From: Vicinamibacterales bacterium | GTDB taxonomy: Bacteria; Acidobacteriota; Vicinamibacteria; Vicinamibacterales; UBA8438 | Length of the DNA: 64,000 nt | Direction: 5' to 3' | NCBI GenBank assembly: GCA_965262925.1 | Contig: CBDHGC010000004.1 | Span: forward strand, 2,385,112-2,449,111 | Part shown: piece after piece, positions 23,588 through 34,062 of the stretch | Layout of the letters: the number at the start of each line of letters is the position of its first letter | Position numbering within the stretch: position 1 is the stretch's first letter | Notes under the pieces: generated by a model | What the model was told of the DNA's origin: nothing | What the model saw: the letters and a program-made list of their open reading frames with translations, nothing else | Database searches by the model: none | Translations under genes and position numbers: made by a program

Positions 23588-26500
23588 TGCCGTTGGACCG
23601 GGCCCCGGCTGTTTGGTTTGCCGAGGCCCGGTCCTGGTTTGCTCAGTGGTGAACGTCGTGGCCGTCTGCTACCACTGCACGGTGGCGCGCCCGAGCACGC
23701 GCTGGTCGGTGCCTCCGTTCTGCTCCTGCATTTGGAACAGCGGGCTCTCGCGCCGTTCGGCGTCGACGCCGAGCTGCAGGTTCAGCTTTCCCTGCTCGAG
23801 CACCTGCATGCCGTAGCCGATCCGGTAGTCGCGGCCGTACTCGGATGTGCGGACGCCGGCCCGCGGCGTCCCGACGAATCTGCTGCCGATCGGCATCCCG
23901 TAGCCGACTTCAGTGTCGAGACGCTGGCCACCGCCGTTCATCAAGGGGTCGTTGCCCATGCCGGCCATGCTCTCGCGGCCCCACAGCGCCTCGGCGCCGC
24001 TCATCGAATCGCCGCCCCAGGCGGGGGAGACGCGCGCGGTGAAGCCCAGCGGGGTAGACGGCGTCGGGTTGTAGCTGACCGAGATTGACATCCCGCTCTC
24101 GGCGAATCCTTCGGCCTGGTGGACCAGGAGCCTGCGCACGCGGATGTCGACCGCGAGCCCCGTCACGCCGTCGGCGAGTACGAGGCCGGCCCCGAGGTCC
24201 ACGCCGCGGCCGGTTTCCGCGTCACCGCCGTCCTGGCGGATGCCGATCTCGATGCTCGGCGTCAGGGCCATCCGGCTGGCGATCGTCATGCTCTGCGAGC
24301 CCTCGAGCGCGGTGCGCACTCGGCTGACGCCGGCTCGTGTTGCATCCAGGTTTCCGGACGGTCCGCTTGCAGCGTCTGTCCGTGTGCCGACCCACAGCGC
24401 GTCGGCCTTGAACGCCAGCTCGAAACCGGCGTCGTTCGCCACCAACTCGCCGCGGCCACCGCCGGCAGCCATCGCCATCGACAACCCGGTCTCGATCGGA
24501 GTGCCGGCCCCGGGACTGAGCAGCAGACCCCCGGCACCGTAGCCGGCGACCGTCCATACGGTCACTCGTTCGGACGCCTTGTACCCGACCCAGGGGTACA
24601 GGCCCGTGACGGCCGACGTCATCCGTCCCGAGTCGATGCCGGCGTAGCTGCCGAGGCCGCGGCTGTGCCCCAGGGATACGCCCGTGATCATCCGCCCCCG
24701 GTTGTAGTCGATCCCCACCATCGTGCTGCGGACGTCGCCGTTGAGCGTGACCGTGCCGTCATTGCCGTAGAATCTGGATTGCGCCGAACGGCTCCAGATC
24801 GAAAGAACCCCGCCGCTCTTCGTTTCGCGGTTCATTGCGAAGCTCGATCCGGTGAGCCCTTGTCCCTGGCTGAATCCGAGGCCGGTCATGCCGTTTTGTT
24901 GCGGACTGGTTCCGGCTCTCATCTGTCCTGCGCCCATAGGCCTCCGGTTCGCCGTTGGCATTCCCCCCGCACCGTGTGGTTGCATCGGGTGCGTTGCGCT
25001 TGTCGCCTGGCTCGCTCGTCCTGGTATTCCCTGGCGCCCCCGGCTCATTCCGCCGTAGCCGGCGCGGCCGCCGAGCTGCTGCAGGAATCGCAGCGCGAAG
25101 TCACGGCCGATGTTGCGGTCGACGTTCCGGCCGGCGATCCGGCCGTCGAAGCCGGCTCTGCGCGGCGCCTTGATGCGCTCTTCGATCTGGTTGATGACGT
25201 GGACCGCTGCGGTTCGTCCGAAGCGCGCCATCAGCGCCCGCGGCATTGCGTCGTTGTTGTCGATCGTACCTGTGGCGGTGGCGTCGTCGAGTACCGCGTT
25301 GGTCGGGTTCGACAGCGTCAGCGTCAGCGTCTCGTCGTCGTCGCCGTGCGTATCGTCGAGCACGGGCACGTCGATGCTTTCCGATCGGCTTCCGGCCCCG
25401 ATCGTGAGCGTCCCGCTGGTGGCCGTGTAGTCGGCGCCGGCCGTGGCCGTGCCGTCGGACGTGGCGTAGTTGACGGTGACGTTGCTGCTGGCGCTGCGGC
25501 TGAGCGACACCGTGAAGGCGAGGACCGCGCCGGCGGCCTCGGTGATCGTTGCGTCGGCGACCGAGATCGACGGGGGTCCGGCGACCGTCGCCGCGGTCGA
25601 GTGGCTCAGCTTCCGGCCGTCGTCGGTGCAGATCGACTTGTCGTCGGCGCAGCTGACCGCGGCGGGCAGCGTGATGCTGATCTGCCCCATGCCGAGGGGC
25701 TCGACGGTGATCGTCCAGCTCTGGTTCTTGTTGGTGCCCTGCGGGTTCTCGCGCTTGGCCCCGATGACGTCCGCCTGGACGAGCGTGAACGAGCGGTCGC
25801 GCAAGCGTCGGTAGGGCAACTCGGGGTTCTCGCTGAAGTGGAGCTCGAAGGTGAACTCGCTGTCGTCGTGCTCGGACGGCATGTTCTCGAAGCGGGCCGT
25901 CAGCGGGGCCACGTAGCGGTTCTTGATCGTTCCTGCGGCCGAGCTCGTACCGAGGTCGGCGCCCGAGGGGTTCGCCAGCGCGACGGTGAACGTCTCGTCG
26001 CTCTCGTTCTCGATGTCGTCCTCGATCGCGATGGAGATCGTCTTGCTGGTTTCCCCGGCGGAGAAGCTCAGCGTGCCGCTCATGGCGGTGTAGTCGTCGC
26101 CGGCATCGGCGCTGCCGTCCGACGTCGCGTAGTCGACGGTCACCGTTTCGCCGGCTGCTTCGTCGAGCGTGACGGTGAACGTGATTGAGCTGTCGTCGCC
26201 CTCGGTGCCGCTTCCTCCGGCGATGCTCACGGTAGGTGTCGATGTCACCACCGTCCCCGTCGGCCCGGCGACGGTCGCCGACGGGCTGTTGCTCATCTGT
26301 ACCGGGTCGTCGCCCTTCGAGCAGATTGCTCCTGTGGTTGTGCAAGCCCGGTTGGCCGCGAGCGTGATTGCAATGTCCTCGTTCCCGTCCGGCTCGACTG
26401 TGATTTCCCACCGGTCGCTCCGCCCGTCGATCCGGCGCGCATGCGTCACGTCGCCCTCTGTGACGGTGAAGGCGTCGTCGCGCATCGAGGCGTAGCCGAT

Positions 26501-26668
26501 CGCCACTTCGGTGGTGAAGGCGACGTTGAAGCTGAACGACGTTTCGCCGTCGTGCTCGGCCGGCACGTTCTCGAAGGTTGCGGTCAGCGCCGTGCTCGAC
26601 GCGTCGTCGTCTTCGATCGTTCCCGTCGCGCCGTTGTCCTCGATTTCGGCATTGGCGGCGTTGCTTAG

Positions 26669-28578
26669 GGTCCGCGCAAAAATAATTTCCTAGAAGCGTC
26701 TGTAGTCTCGCAGTAGAGCACACCGGTGCCGCAACTCTCGTGCCCGGCGACCAGTCCCACCAGGACGGATATTTTCTGGATTCTGAGGGGTGCAGCCCGC
26801 CCGAATTATGGCATCATTGCGGAAACATAGAGCCGCAATGGTGCCATAATGAGACCAACCGAATTCTCCGCCGACACGATCATCGCCCTGCTCCGCAAGC
26901 AGACCATCGCCTCGCTGTCCGAGGTGATGGCGGCGCTCGGCGCCCGCGCCAGCAGGCGCACCGCGTTCCGCAAGCTCAAGGACATCGACGCCCGCACCAG
27001 CTACTCGCATCGCGGCGGCTTCTACACCCTCGATGAACTCGCCCACTTCGACGAGCGCGGCCTGTGGTCGTTCGCCGGGGTCCGCTTCTCCCGCGCCGGC
27101 ACCCTGATCGCAACCGCCAACGCGTTCGTCAACCATGCCGAGGCCGGACACTTCGTCGAGGAATTGGACAACCTGCTCGGTGTCGGCACCCAGGACGCGC
27201 TGCGCAAGCTCGTCGGCGACCGGCGGCTGACGCGGCACAAACTCGCCGGCCAGTTCCTCTACTGCGTGGCCGACCGCACGCACCAGACGCACCAAGTGCG
27301 CGCGCGACGCCTGCTGATGGCCACGCCCGGACTCGTACGGCCCCTGCCCGACGCCGACCTGATGCCGGAGGAGTTGCGCGCCGCCATCGTATTGTTCGCC
27401 AGCCTGCTCGACGAGCGGCAGCGGCGGCTGTTCGCCGGCCTCGAAGCGCTCAAGTGCGGGTGGGGCGGCGACCGGCGCATCGCCCGACTGCTCGGCATCG
27501 ACCCGTCGACGGTCGCCGCCGGACGGCGGCAACTGGTCGAGCGCGACGTCGAGGTCGACCGGGTGCGGCGCGCGGGCGGCGGACGGCGACCGACGGAAAA
27601 AAAACGCCGGAAGTCATCGCCTGCATCAAAGCCTTGATGGACCACGAGACGGCCGGCGACCCGGTCAGCGGCCTGAAGTGGACACGCCGTACGACCGCCA
27701 AGGTCGCCGACCAACTGTGCGCGCTCGGCATCGACGTCTGCCCCCAGACAGTCGCTCGATTGCTCAAGGCGATGGGCTATTCGTTGCGCGTCAACCACAA
27801 GAAGCTCGCCGGCGCTTCCCATCCGAGGCGCGACGACCAGTTCCGGCACATCACCGAACTGCGCGAGCGTTGCGCCGCCGACAACGTCCCGGTCATCAGC
27901 GTCGATACGAAGAAGAAGGAACTCGTCGGCGCGTTCCGCAATCCCGGCACCAAATGGGATCGCAGCCCCGAACGGGTCAAGGACCACGACTTCCGCTCCG
28001 AGGCCGAAGGCCTCGCCATCCCCTACGGTATCTACGACCCGCGGGCCAATGCCGGCACCGTCTTCGTCGGCCAAACCGCCGACACCCCGGCGTTCGCCGT
28101 CGACTGCATCGAGAAATGGTGGCGCACCGAGGGCTGCAAGCACTATCCCGAGGCCAAAGCGTTGCAGATCCTGGCCGACGGCGGCGGCAGCAATAGTTCC
28201 ACGGCGCGCGCCTGGAAGTACAACCTGCAACACCGCCTCTGCAACCGGCATGGCTTGCGCGTGACCGTGGCCCACTACCCGCCGGCCACGTCGAAGTGGA
28301 ATCCCATCGAACACCGCCTGTTCTGCGAGGTCAGCAAGAACTGGGCGGGCCGCCCCCTGGACAGCTACGAGACCATCCTGAAATACCTGCGCACCACACG
28401 CACCGCCACCGGACTGCGCGTGCGCGCGCATCTGGCGCGCAAGACCTACAAGACCGGCATCAAGGTCACCAACGCGCAAATGGGGGAGCTACGCATCACA
28501 CCGAACAGCTCCCTGCCCAAATGGAACTACACCATCGAACCCATGTAACGAAAAACGGAAGTTATTTTTGCGCCGGCC
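26669..28578 (+). mobile_element. ISAzo13-like insertion sequence (1.9 kb)
   Basis: Inverted repeats GGTCCGCGCAAAAATAATTTCC (26669-26690) and GGAAGTTATTTTTGCGCCGGCC (28557-28578), 19/22 complementary. Flanking direct repeat CTTAG at 26664-26668 and 28579-28583. Confidence 0.8.
26849..28548 (+). pseudogene. ISAzo13-family (Rhodopirellula-type DDE) transposase split across two frames at an A8 run
   Basis: Frame 1 ends …VRRAGGGRRPTEKK. Frame 2 continues …TPEVIACIKALMDHETAGDPVSGLKWTRRTTAKVADQL…ISVDTKKKELVG…ADGGGSN…KWNPIEHRLF. The junction is the A8 run at 27597-27604. Related transposases, such as the copy at 47687, read through this region in one frame. Confidence 0.8.
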
Positions 28579-30484
28579 CTTAGCGTGAGCGCCAGCGTCT
28601 CGTCGCTCTCGTCCTCATCGTCGTCGAGGATTGCGACCGAGACGGTCTTGCTCGTCTCGTTGGCGTTGAATGTCAGCGTGCCGCTCTTGGCCGTGTAGTC
28701 GCTGCCGCCGGTCGCAGTCCCGTTCGACGTCGCGTAGTCGACGGTCACTGTCTCGTCGCTTGCAGGGTCGAGCGTGACGACGAAGTCGATCGTTGCGTCG
28801 TCTTCCGAAGCCGTTGCGTCGTTCACCGCGAGTTCGCTGGTTGTTTCTCCGGGTCCGGGAATCGTTCTTGTTGCCGGCACCTCGGTCAGCTGGGTTCCCC
28901 CCGCGGTGCATATTCCGCCTGCGTCGCACGCGGCGTCGGCTGCGAGCGTGAACGTCACGTCGGCGTTGCCTGCCGGTGTCACCCGGAAGATGTAGGCGTG
29001 ATCGAGGCCCGTCTCGGTGTGCTCCTGCACATTCGAGATCGTTCCCCCGGTGAGCGTCGCCGACGGCGTGCTCTTGGTGAAGGAGGCGACGGCCTCGCTG
29101 AACTCCACGATCACCTGCGGCCGATCGTCCGATCCGGTGTGCCTGCTTGACGCGAACCGGCTGGACGGAAACGTCGCCGACAGGGTAGTTGCGGTCGGCG
29201 CGGCGGCGATTGCGGCCGTTGCCGCGCTGGTGAGCGTTTCGCTCGTGCCTTTGTCGTCCGTGAAGCTGACCTTGACCTTGATGCTCTTTCCGACCTCGGC
29301 GCTGGTGAGCGTGTAGCTCGATCCGGTTCCGTTCTCGATGTCCGCGTCGTTCGTTCCGTCGTCCGCGATCCACTGGTACCGGAAGGTCGCCCGGCTGGTG
29401 CCGTCGGCGTCGGCGATCCCGCTGGTGTCGGCGGTCAGCGTCTCCCCGGATTGCGGCGTTCCGGATATCGTTGGTGCGCCGGTTGGTGCGTTGTTCGCCT
29501 CGTTTGTCGGCCAGCTCACGCCCGGGTCCGTCAGTACCCGCACGCCGGCCGGCAGGTCGAGGACGCTGCGCGGGAGCGTTTCGAGCAGCGGGTTCTCCCG
29601 CATGTCGATCTCCTCGACACCGGTCAGCCCTTCGAAGAAGCAGTCGTCGATGGGCTCTGCACCGAGCGCGTTGTACCCGATGTCGAGTTTCCTGACGCGG
29701 CCGAGGCCCTCGAAGATTCCGCAGCCGAGCGCCTGGGAGCCGAACCCGTAGGGGTGGTACTCGTACCACATGTCGTACATGTCGAGTTCTTCGAGCTTGG
29801 TCAGGTGGCGGAAGAGCCCGCGCGGCAGCGTCAGGATGCGGTTGCTGCCGATCCACAGGTAGCGCAGGTTCGGCAGGTGCTTCCACGCCTCGGGGTTGAT
29901 GCGCCGGCCGACGGCTGTCCCCTCGGGGCGGTCGGCCTTGCCGGGCAGCTCGTAGACCATGTTGTTGGTGCCGATCCACAGCGTCTCGAGCCTGCTCAGC
30001 CCGCGGAAGAAGTCCGCGCTCTCGATCTTCCAGATGTCCGAGTCTTGCAGCACCAGCTTCTTCAGCTGTCCGAGGAAGCTCGGCGGCGCCCCGCCGGCGT
30101 GGAGCCCGTTGAGTGTGAACGACGCTTGGTTCGTCATGTCGAGTTCGTCGACCCCGGTCAGGCCGTTGAAGTCGCCGCTCTTGAACCTCTCGATGTACTC
30201 CCAGTTGTAGCCGTCGGCGCTGATCCACAGCACCAGCTTTTTGATCCCTGCCAGCTGGCTCGCCGTTAGGTTCGTCTCGTGCCTCTCGGCGATTGGCGGC
30301 GATGCTGTCGGCTTGGCTTCGGTGCATGTTGCTGTTGACCCTCTTACTGCTTCGAGGATCCCGCTGCGCACCTTCTGCGTGCGGTTACAGAACTGCGTTG
30401 CGTCGATTGTCGTCTGCGCCTCGGCCTCGTTTGCCGCTGCGGCGGCCAGCATCGTGATTGCGAGAAGCACTCGTTTGATCATCG

Positions 30485-30901
30485 TTGGTTCGTCCTTTTT
30501 CGTGGCTCGCGCCTTGGGTCCTCGTTTTGCTTTCGTTGCCCTCGTACCCGGGTCGATGGTCGGTGGAGTCGCGGCTGCGTGACCAGTTCGGTGTCTTCGG
30601 TGCGATTCATCATCGCACCGACGTTCCTCGGCGCACCGACCTGGGCGAGGTGCCGAACTACCGGACGCACAAGCACACGCTGTTCGGACTGCAGGAAGCT
30701 GCGTACGGTGGATGCCGAATGGTGTTCCCGTTCCGGAACTTCGAGGTCGACCACGTGATCCCGCGCGCGAGGGGCGGGCAGGATAACCTCGACAATCTGC
30801 AGCTGTTGTGCGGGGCTTGCAACTACGCGAAGGGGACGGGAACGCAGGCCGATCTGGTTGCGAAGCTCAGGGAGCGGGGGGTGTTGCGCGACGCGGCTTA
30901 G
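30485..30901 (+). CDS. HNH endonuclease domain protein (probably an N-terminally truncated remnant)
   Basis: …YRTHKHTLFGLQEAAYGGCRMVFPFRNFEVDHVIPRARGGQDNLDNLQLLCGACNYAKGTGTQADLVAKL is an HNH core of the type found at C-termini of restriction/methylase-associated proteins. The first CxxC pair is degenerate and the N-terminal 40 codons look non-coding. Confidence 0.55.
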   Translation: MVRPFSWLAPWVLVLLSLPSYPGRWSVESRLRDQFGVFGAIHHRTDVPRRTDLGEVPNYRTHKHTLFGLQEAAYGGCRMVFPFRNFEVDHVIPRARGGQDNLDNLQLLCGACNYAKGTGTQADLVAKLRERGVLRDAA

Positions 30902-30995
30902 CGCGCCGTAGCGCTTGGATGTTCTTTCCTCTCTTCGTGGCGTTCGTCGGTCTCGTGTACGTGAAGGTCTGCCCCAGCCACTTCACCTCGAGGAT

Positions 30996-31193
30996 CCCGG
31001 CCCGCGGCGTTCCGACGAACCGCTCGCCGATTGGCAGCCCGTAGCCCACCTCGCTGTCGAGCCGGGCTCCGCCGGCGAGCAGCGGATCGTTCATGCCGCT
31101 CATGCCTCCCATCGTCTCCTGCGTCCAGAGTGCCTCGGCGCCGCTCATGGAGTCCCCGCCCCATGCGGGGGAGACGCGGGCCGTGAGACCCAA
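30996..31193 (-). pseudogene. autotransporter beta-barrel fragment
   Basis: GLTARVSPAWGGDSMSGAEALWTQETMGGMSGMNDPLLAGGARLDSEVGYGLPIGERFVGTPRAGI aligns with the penultimate barrel segment of paralogs A, B and C (LGFTARVSPAWGGD.MSGAEALWGR.SMAGMGNDPLMNGGGQRLDTEVGYGMPIGSRFVGTPRAGV), then diverges. Confidence 0.6.
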
Positions 31194-31334
31194 CGGGGTG
31201 TCCGGAAGCTGGCCCGCATGGCATGTGGGCCGTCTGAGGCCACTGCCGAGAATGGCACGTGGAGGCCCCCGTCCTGCTCGATCATGCGTAGGGTCCGGGG
31301 GTCGGGGTCGTCGATTTCTGACGTAACCCCGGGG

Positions 31335-32276
31335 TTACTGGTTGCCCCGCCCCGGTCTTCCGAATCTTCGCGTCCAGCTTAGCGTGTAGATCCGGTACGC
31401 TGCCGTGTTCCGTCCGAAGGTGACCTTGCCTGCGCTGAGGGCGAATCCCCCGAACCGCTTGGCGTCGACGTGCAGCGTGACCGCGATCGCGTGCAGGTCT
31501 TCGTGGAGTGCTGGCCACTGGTCGGGTCGCCAGCCCTCGAGACCGATGTCGAGTCCCCGTTCACCATTCACCGTCGAGTACTCCACTCCGATTTGCAGCT
31601 GGTCGTTGAGCTGTCCGTACGCCCCGGCGAACGCGAACGCCTCGTTCGGCACGTCGACCTTCTCGTAGTGGTCGTTTGGCTCTCCGATGCCTGCCGGGTT
31701 CACGTTGGCGTGTGTCCGGCGCCGGTAGCCGAATTCGGTCGACCACCGGAGCCGGTTCTCGAAGTTCTCGAGTACCACCGATCCCTGCAGTTCGCTCGCT
31801 CCGTCCCCCAGCGAGTTTGTGTAGCCCGGGTCGTACGGGCCGGGGATCCGGCCGCCGATCTTCACGGCCGCGCTCGGTCCGTCCGGCGGCGTCTGTCCGT
31901 GCACTCGCCACGTCAAGCCGAGCGTCGTGTCGTGGCGCCCGTCGTGCTTGTCCCGGGCTCCGCTGGGGCTTCCGCCTGATGAGGCGAAGAACTCCGCCCA
32001 CCCGGTTCCGAGGTGAAGCGCTAGGCTATCGGCCACCGCCAAGGTGGCGTTCCAGTTGACGCTGATCTTCCGCTCGAACGGGCCGTCGACGGTGAAGCCT
32101 TGCCGGTGAAAGCGTGACGCCTCGACGAGGCGTCCCTGGACTGTGATTTCTCCTGTTCCCGGTGCGCCTATCGTCGTCCGGCTTTGGCCTGCGGCGGTCC
32201 CGGTGATCAGCGTGGTGATTGCGGCGATGCTCATTGCGATCTGCAGTTGCCGCTTCTGGCGTTTTTCCATCGACAT
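31335..32276 (-). CDS. outer-membrane beta-barrel protein (porin-like)
   Basis: Signal peptide MSIAAITTLITGTAAGQ. Alternating-hydrophobic strands with aromatic girdles. C-terminal …YRIYTLSWTRRF-type strand close to the end. Confidence 0.6.
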   Translation of the reverse strand: MSMEKRQKRQLQIAMSIAAITTLITGTAAGQSRTTIGAPGTGEITVQGRLVEASRFHRQGFTVDGPFERKISVNWNATLAVADSLALHLGTGWAEFFASSGGSPSGARDKHDGRHDTTLGLTWRVHGQTPPDGPSAAVKIGGRIPGPYDPGYTNSLGDGASELQGSVVLENFENRLRWSTEFGYRRRTHANVNPAGIGEPNDHYEKVDVPNEAFAFAGAYGQLNDQLQIGVEYSTVNGERGLDIGLEGWRPDQWPALHEDLHAIAVTLHVDAKRFGGFALSAGKVTFGRNTAAYRIYTLSWTRRFGRPGRGNQ

Positions 32277-32596
32277 GGCTCCTGCTGGTCGTCCGGTTCT
32301 CGGATCGACCGTTTCCGTTCGACCGGAAGGCTATTTGGGTGCGGCCTCTGGCCGGGCGCCCCGTTTTCGGGCGGGTTCTTCCCGTCGGTACCCTGTCCGA
32401 CGGACGGTTCGATGCCACCGGGGCGAGACCGCTGGATGCACACCTCCAGAGGACCGCGTCAACGGGCGGACGAACCCCCGCATCGGCGCACCGGCCGAAA
32501 GTGTAAGGACGCGGTGCCGGAGGAACTATGCTGAGAAACGGCCGCGAAGGCGCTGCGCTGTTTTCGCTCGCGCTGACTGCGCGCTGGCGCTCTCGA

Positions 32597-32612
32597 CCGC
32601 AACGCGTTGCGG
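32597..32612. repeat. REP-like palindrome copy 5
   Basis: CCGCAACGCGTTGCGG. It is embedded in a ~100-nt repeat shared with 43125-43225. Confidence 0.85.
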
Positions 32613-32691
32613 TTTCTGTCGCGCCTTGCGCTGGCTCGGCTTCCTCCGGCGCCCGGTCGTGGTGGGTTACTCGTGGTAGCGGGCGCGTCCT

Positions 32692-32748
32692 TTACCACTG
32701 CACGGTTGCGCGCTCGAGGACGCGCTGGTCCGTCCCTGGCCCCTGCTC
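32692..32748 (-). pseudogene. autotransporter 3'-terminal fragment
   Basis: …EQGPGTDQRVLERATVQW* matches the last 18 codons of paralogs A, B and C (EQGGSTDQRVLGRATVQW*). The upstream sequence is unrelated. Confidence 0.5.
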
Positions 32749-32777
32749 GTGCACAGGTCGACGCTCGTGCGCGGAAA

Positions 32778-32793
32778 CCGCAACGCGTTGCGG
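32778..32793. repeat. REP-like palindrome copy 6
   Basis: GAAACCGCAACGCGTTGCGGTTTC (32774-32797), identical to copy 1. Confidence 0.85.
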
Positions 32794-33152
32794 TTTCGCT
32801 CGTTCTGCCTGCCGTTGAGCGGTCGTGTGACACCTCGGATCCGGGCGCCCAGTCGCCGGCGCCGTGGGCGGGTTCGTTGGCCAACCGGTGAGGTGAATGG
32901 GGACACACGATTCGCGATCGTGGTCGGCGCAAGGCGTACGACGAATGGCGCGCGAACACGCTGGCTCGGTACAACGGTCGTGGTTAGAGTTGGTGTCGGG
33001 GCCAGGCCCTGACCGGCCCCTCTGGGAGCACGGCCGCGGCGCTGTCGCGCGCGGAGGCGGCTGGCGGTGTCGTGTCCGGCGGTGGTGCACCTGGTGCGGT
33101 CGGCCAGGGTTTTGGGGGTCGACGAGTCGGACCGGACCTATATCCTGGAGCA

Positions 33153-33506
33153 ATGACCGTTGTGACCACTGACACGATCCAGGGCAAGGTCGTTATCCAA
33201 ACGCTATGCCTGTGCACGGGAAGCAGCGTGAACGAACGCTTCGCATCTCGCGAGGATGTGGCCCAAGGTGTGAGTTCTGGGAAGACGCTCGACCGTTCGC
33301 GGGATGAGGCGCTCGACGACATGGTGGCGATGGCCGTCCGTCTTGGGGCCAACGCGGTCATCGGCGTACGGCTCGAATCGTCGCTGCTGGTGGATGACGT
33401 GGTGGGCGAGACCGCGCATCTACTGGCGTACGGGACGGCGGTCGTGGTGCGTAACGAGTGGGAAAATGAACGTCTGTCTGACGTTCCCCCGTCTTCGCGG
33501 GGATGA
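33153..33506 (+). CDS. YbjQ/UPF0145-family protein
   Basis: ATG at 33153. MTVVTTDTIQGKVVIQTL…EALDDMVAMAVRLGANAVIGVRLESS…LAYGTAVVV matches the YbjQ_1 pattern (TT…G…ANAVIGV…AYGTAV). Confidence 0.75.
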   Translation: MTVVTTDTIQGKVVIQTLCLCTGSSVNERFASREDVAQGVSSGKTLDRSRDEALDDMVAMAVRLGANAVIGVRLESSLLVDDVVGETAHLLAYGTAVVVRNEWENERLSDVPPSSRG

Positions 33507-34062
33507 ATTGGATGCCGGCGCTCGTCGGTCCACTTCTCGGTGGACTGCTCGGGTGATTCGGTGCCCGTGAGCGGACGATCGCCTGCGACACGCGGCCCTC
33601 GGCGTTGATGCACGCCGACGAGCGCGAGAACCAGCTGCCGGAGCCGGCTGCGGACTGCTCGGCCTCGCCTGCGGCCCGCGGCGTCGTTTAGCCGCTTCAC
33701 CGCCACGCGTTCTGCCACCTCTCTTCCCGATCGGTCAACGTGTCTTGTCGTTGTCGATGCTCTACCTTCGGGCTTTCCTGAGCTTGTTGTACGCGCACCT
33801 CGTGCACAGAGTCTCTTCGAAGTACCGGATGATGGCGTTATTAACCTGGAAATAAGTATCCTGACCTCGTAGCATGCCGAAATATGAGGAAATCAGGCCG
33901 GCAATCACCTGTCTGCTGTCAGGCAACCAATGACCCTGTTAATAACTGCGTTTAGGAGACAGCCTTCGTCCTGGTCCGGTTCGCTCGCCGCCTCCACCCC
34001 TACTTGGAGGTCGTGCAGGAGGCTGTTCAGCTCGTCTTTGCCCGCGTCCGACCCGTAGCTAG

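Larger units (their letters stand above)
23669..30482 (-). pseudogene. LRR-headed Calx-beta autotransporter (paralog B) interrupted by an IS
   Basis: 5' part, 28579-30482: signal peptide MIKRVLLAITMLAAAAANEAEA, leucine-rich repeats (LxxLxLxxN patterns), an Ig-like unit and Calx-beta. 3' part, 23669-26668: Calx-beta and AEHDG modules plus a barrel ending GRATVQW. Removing 26669-28578 and one CTTAG copy rejoins the frame as …ETLALTL|SNAANAEIEDNGATG…. Confidence 0.85.
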
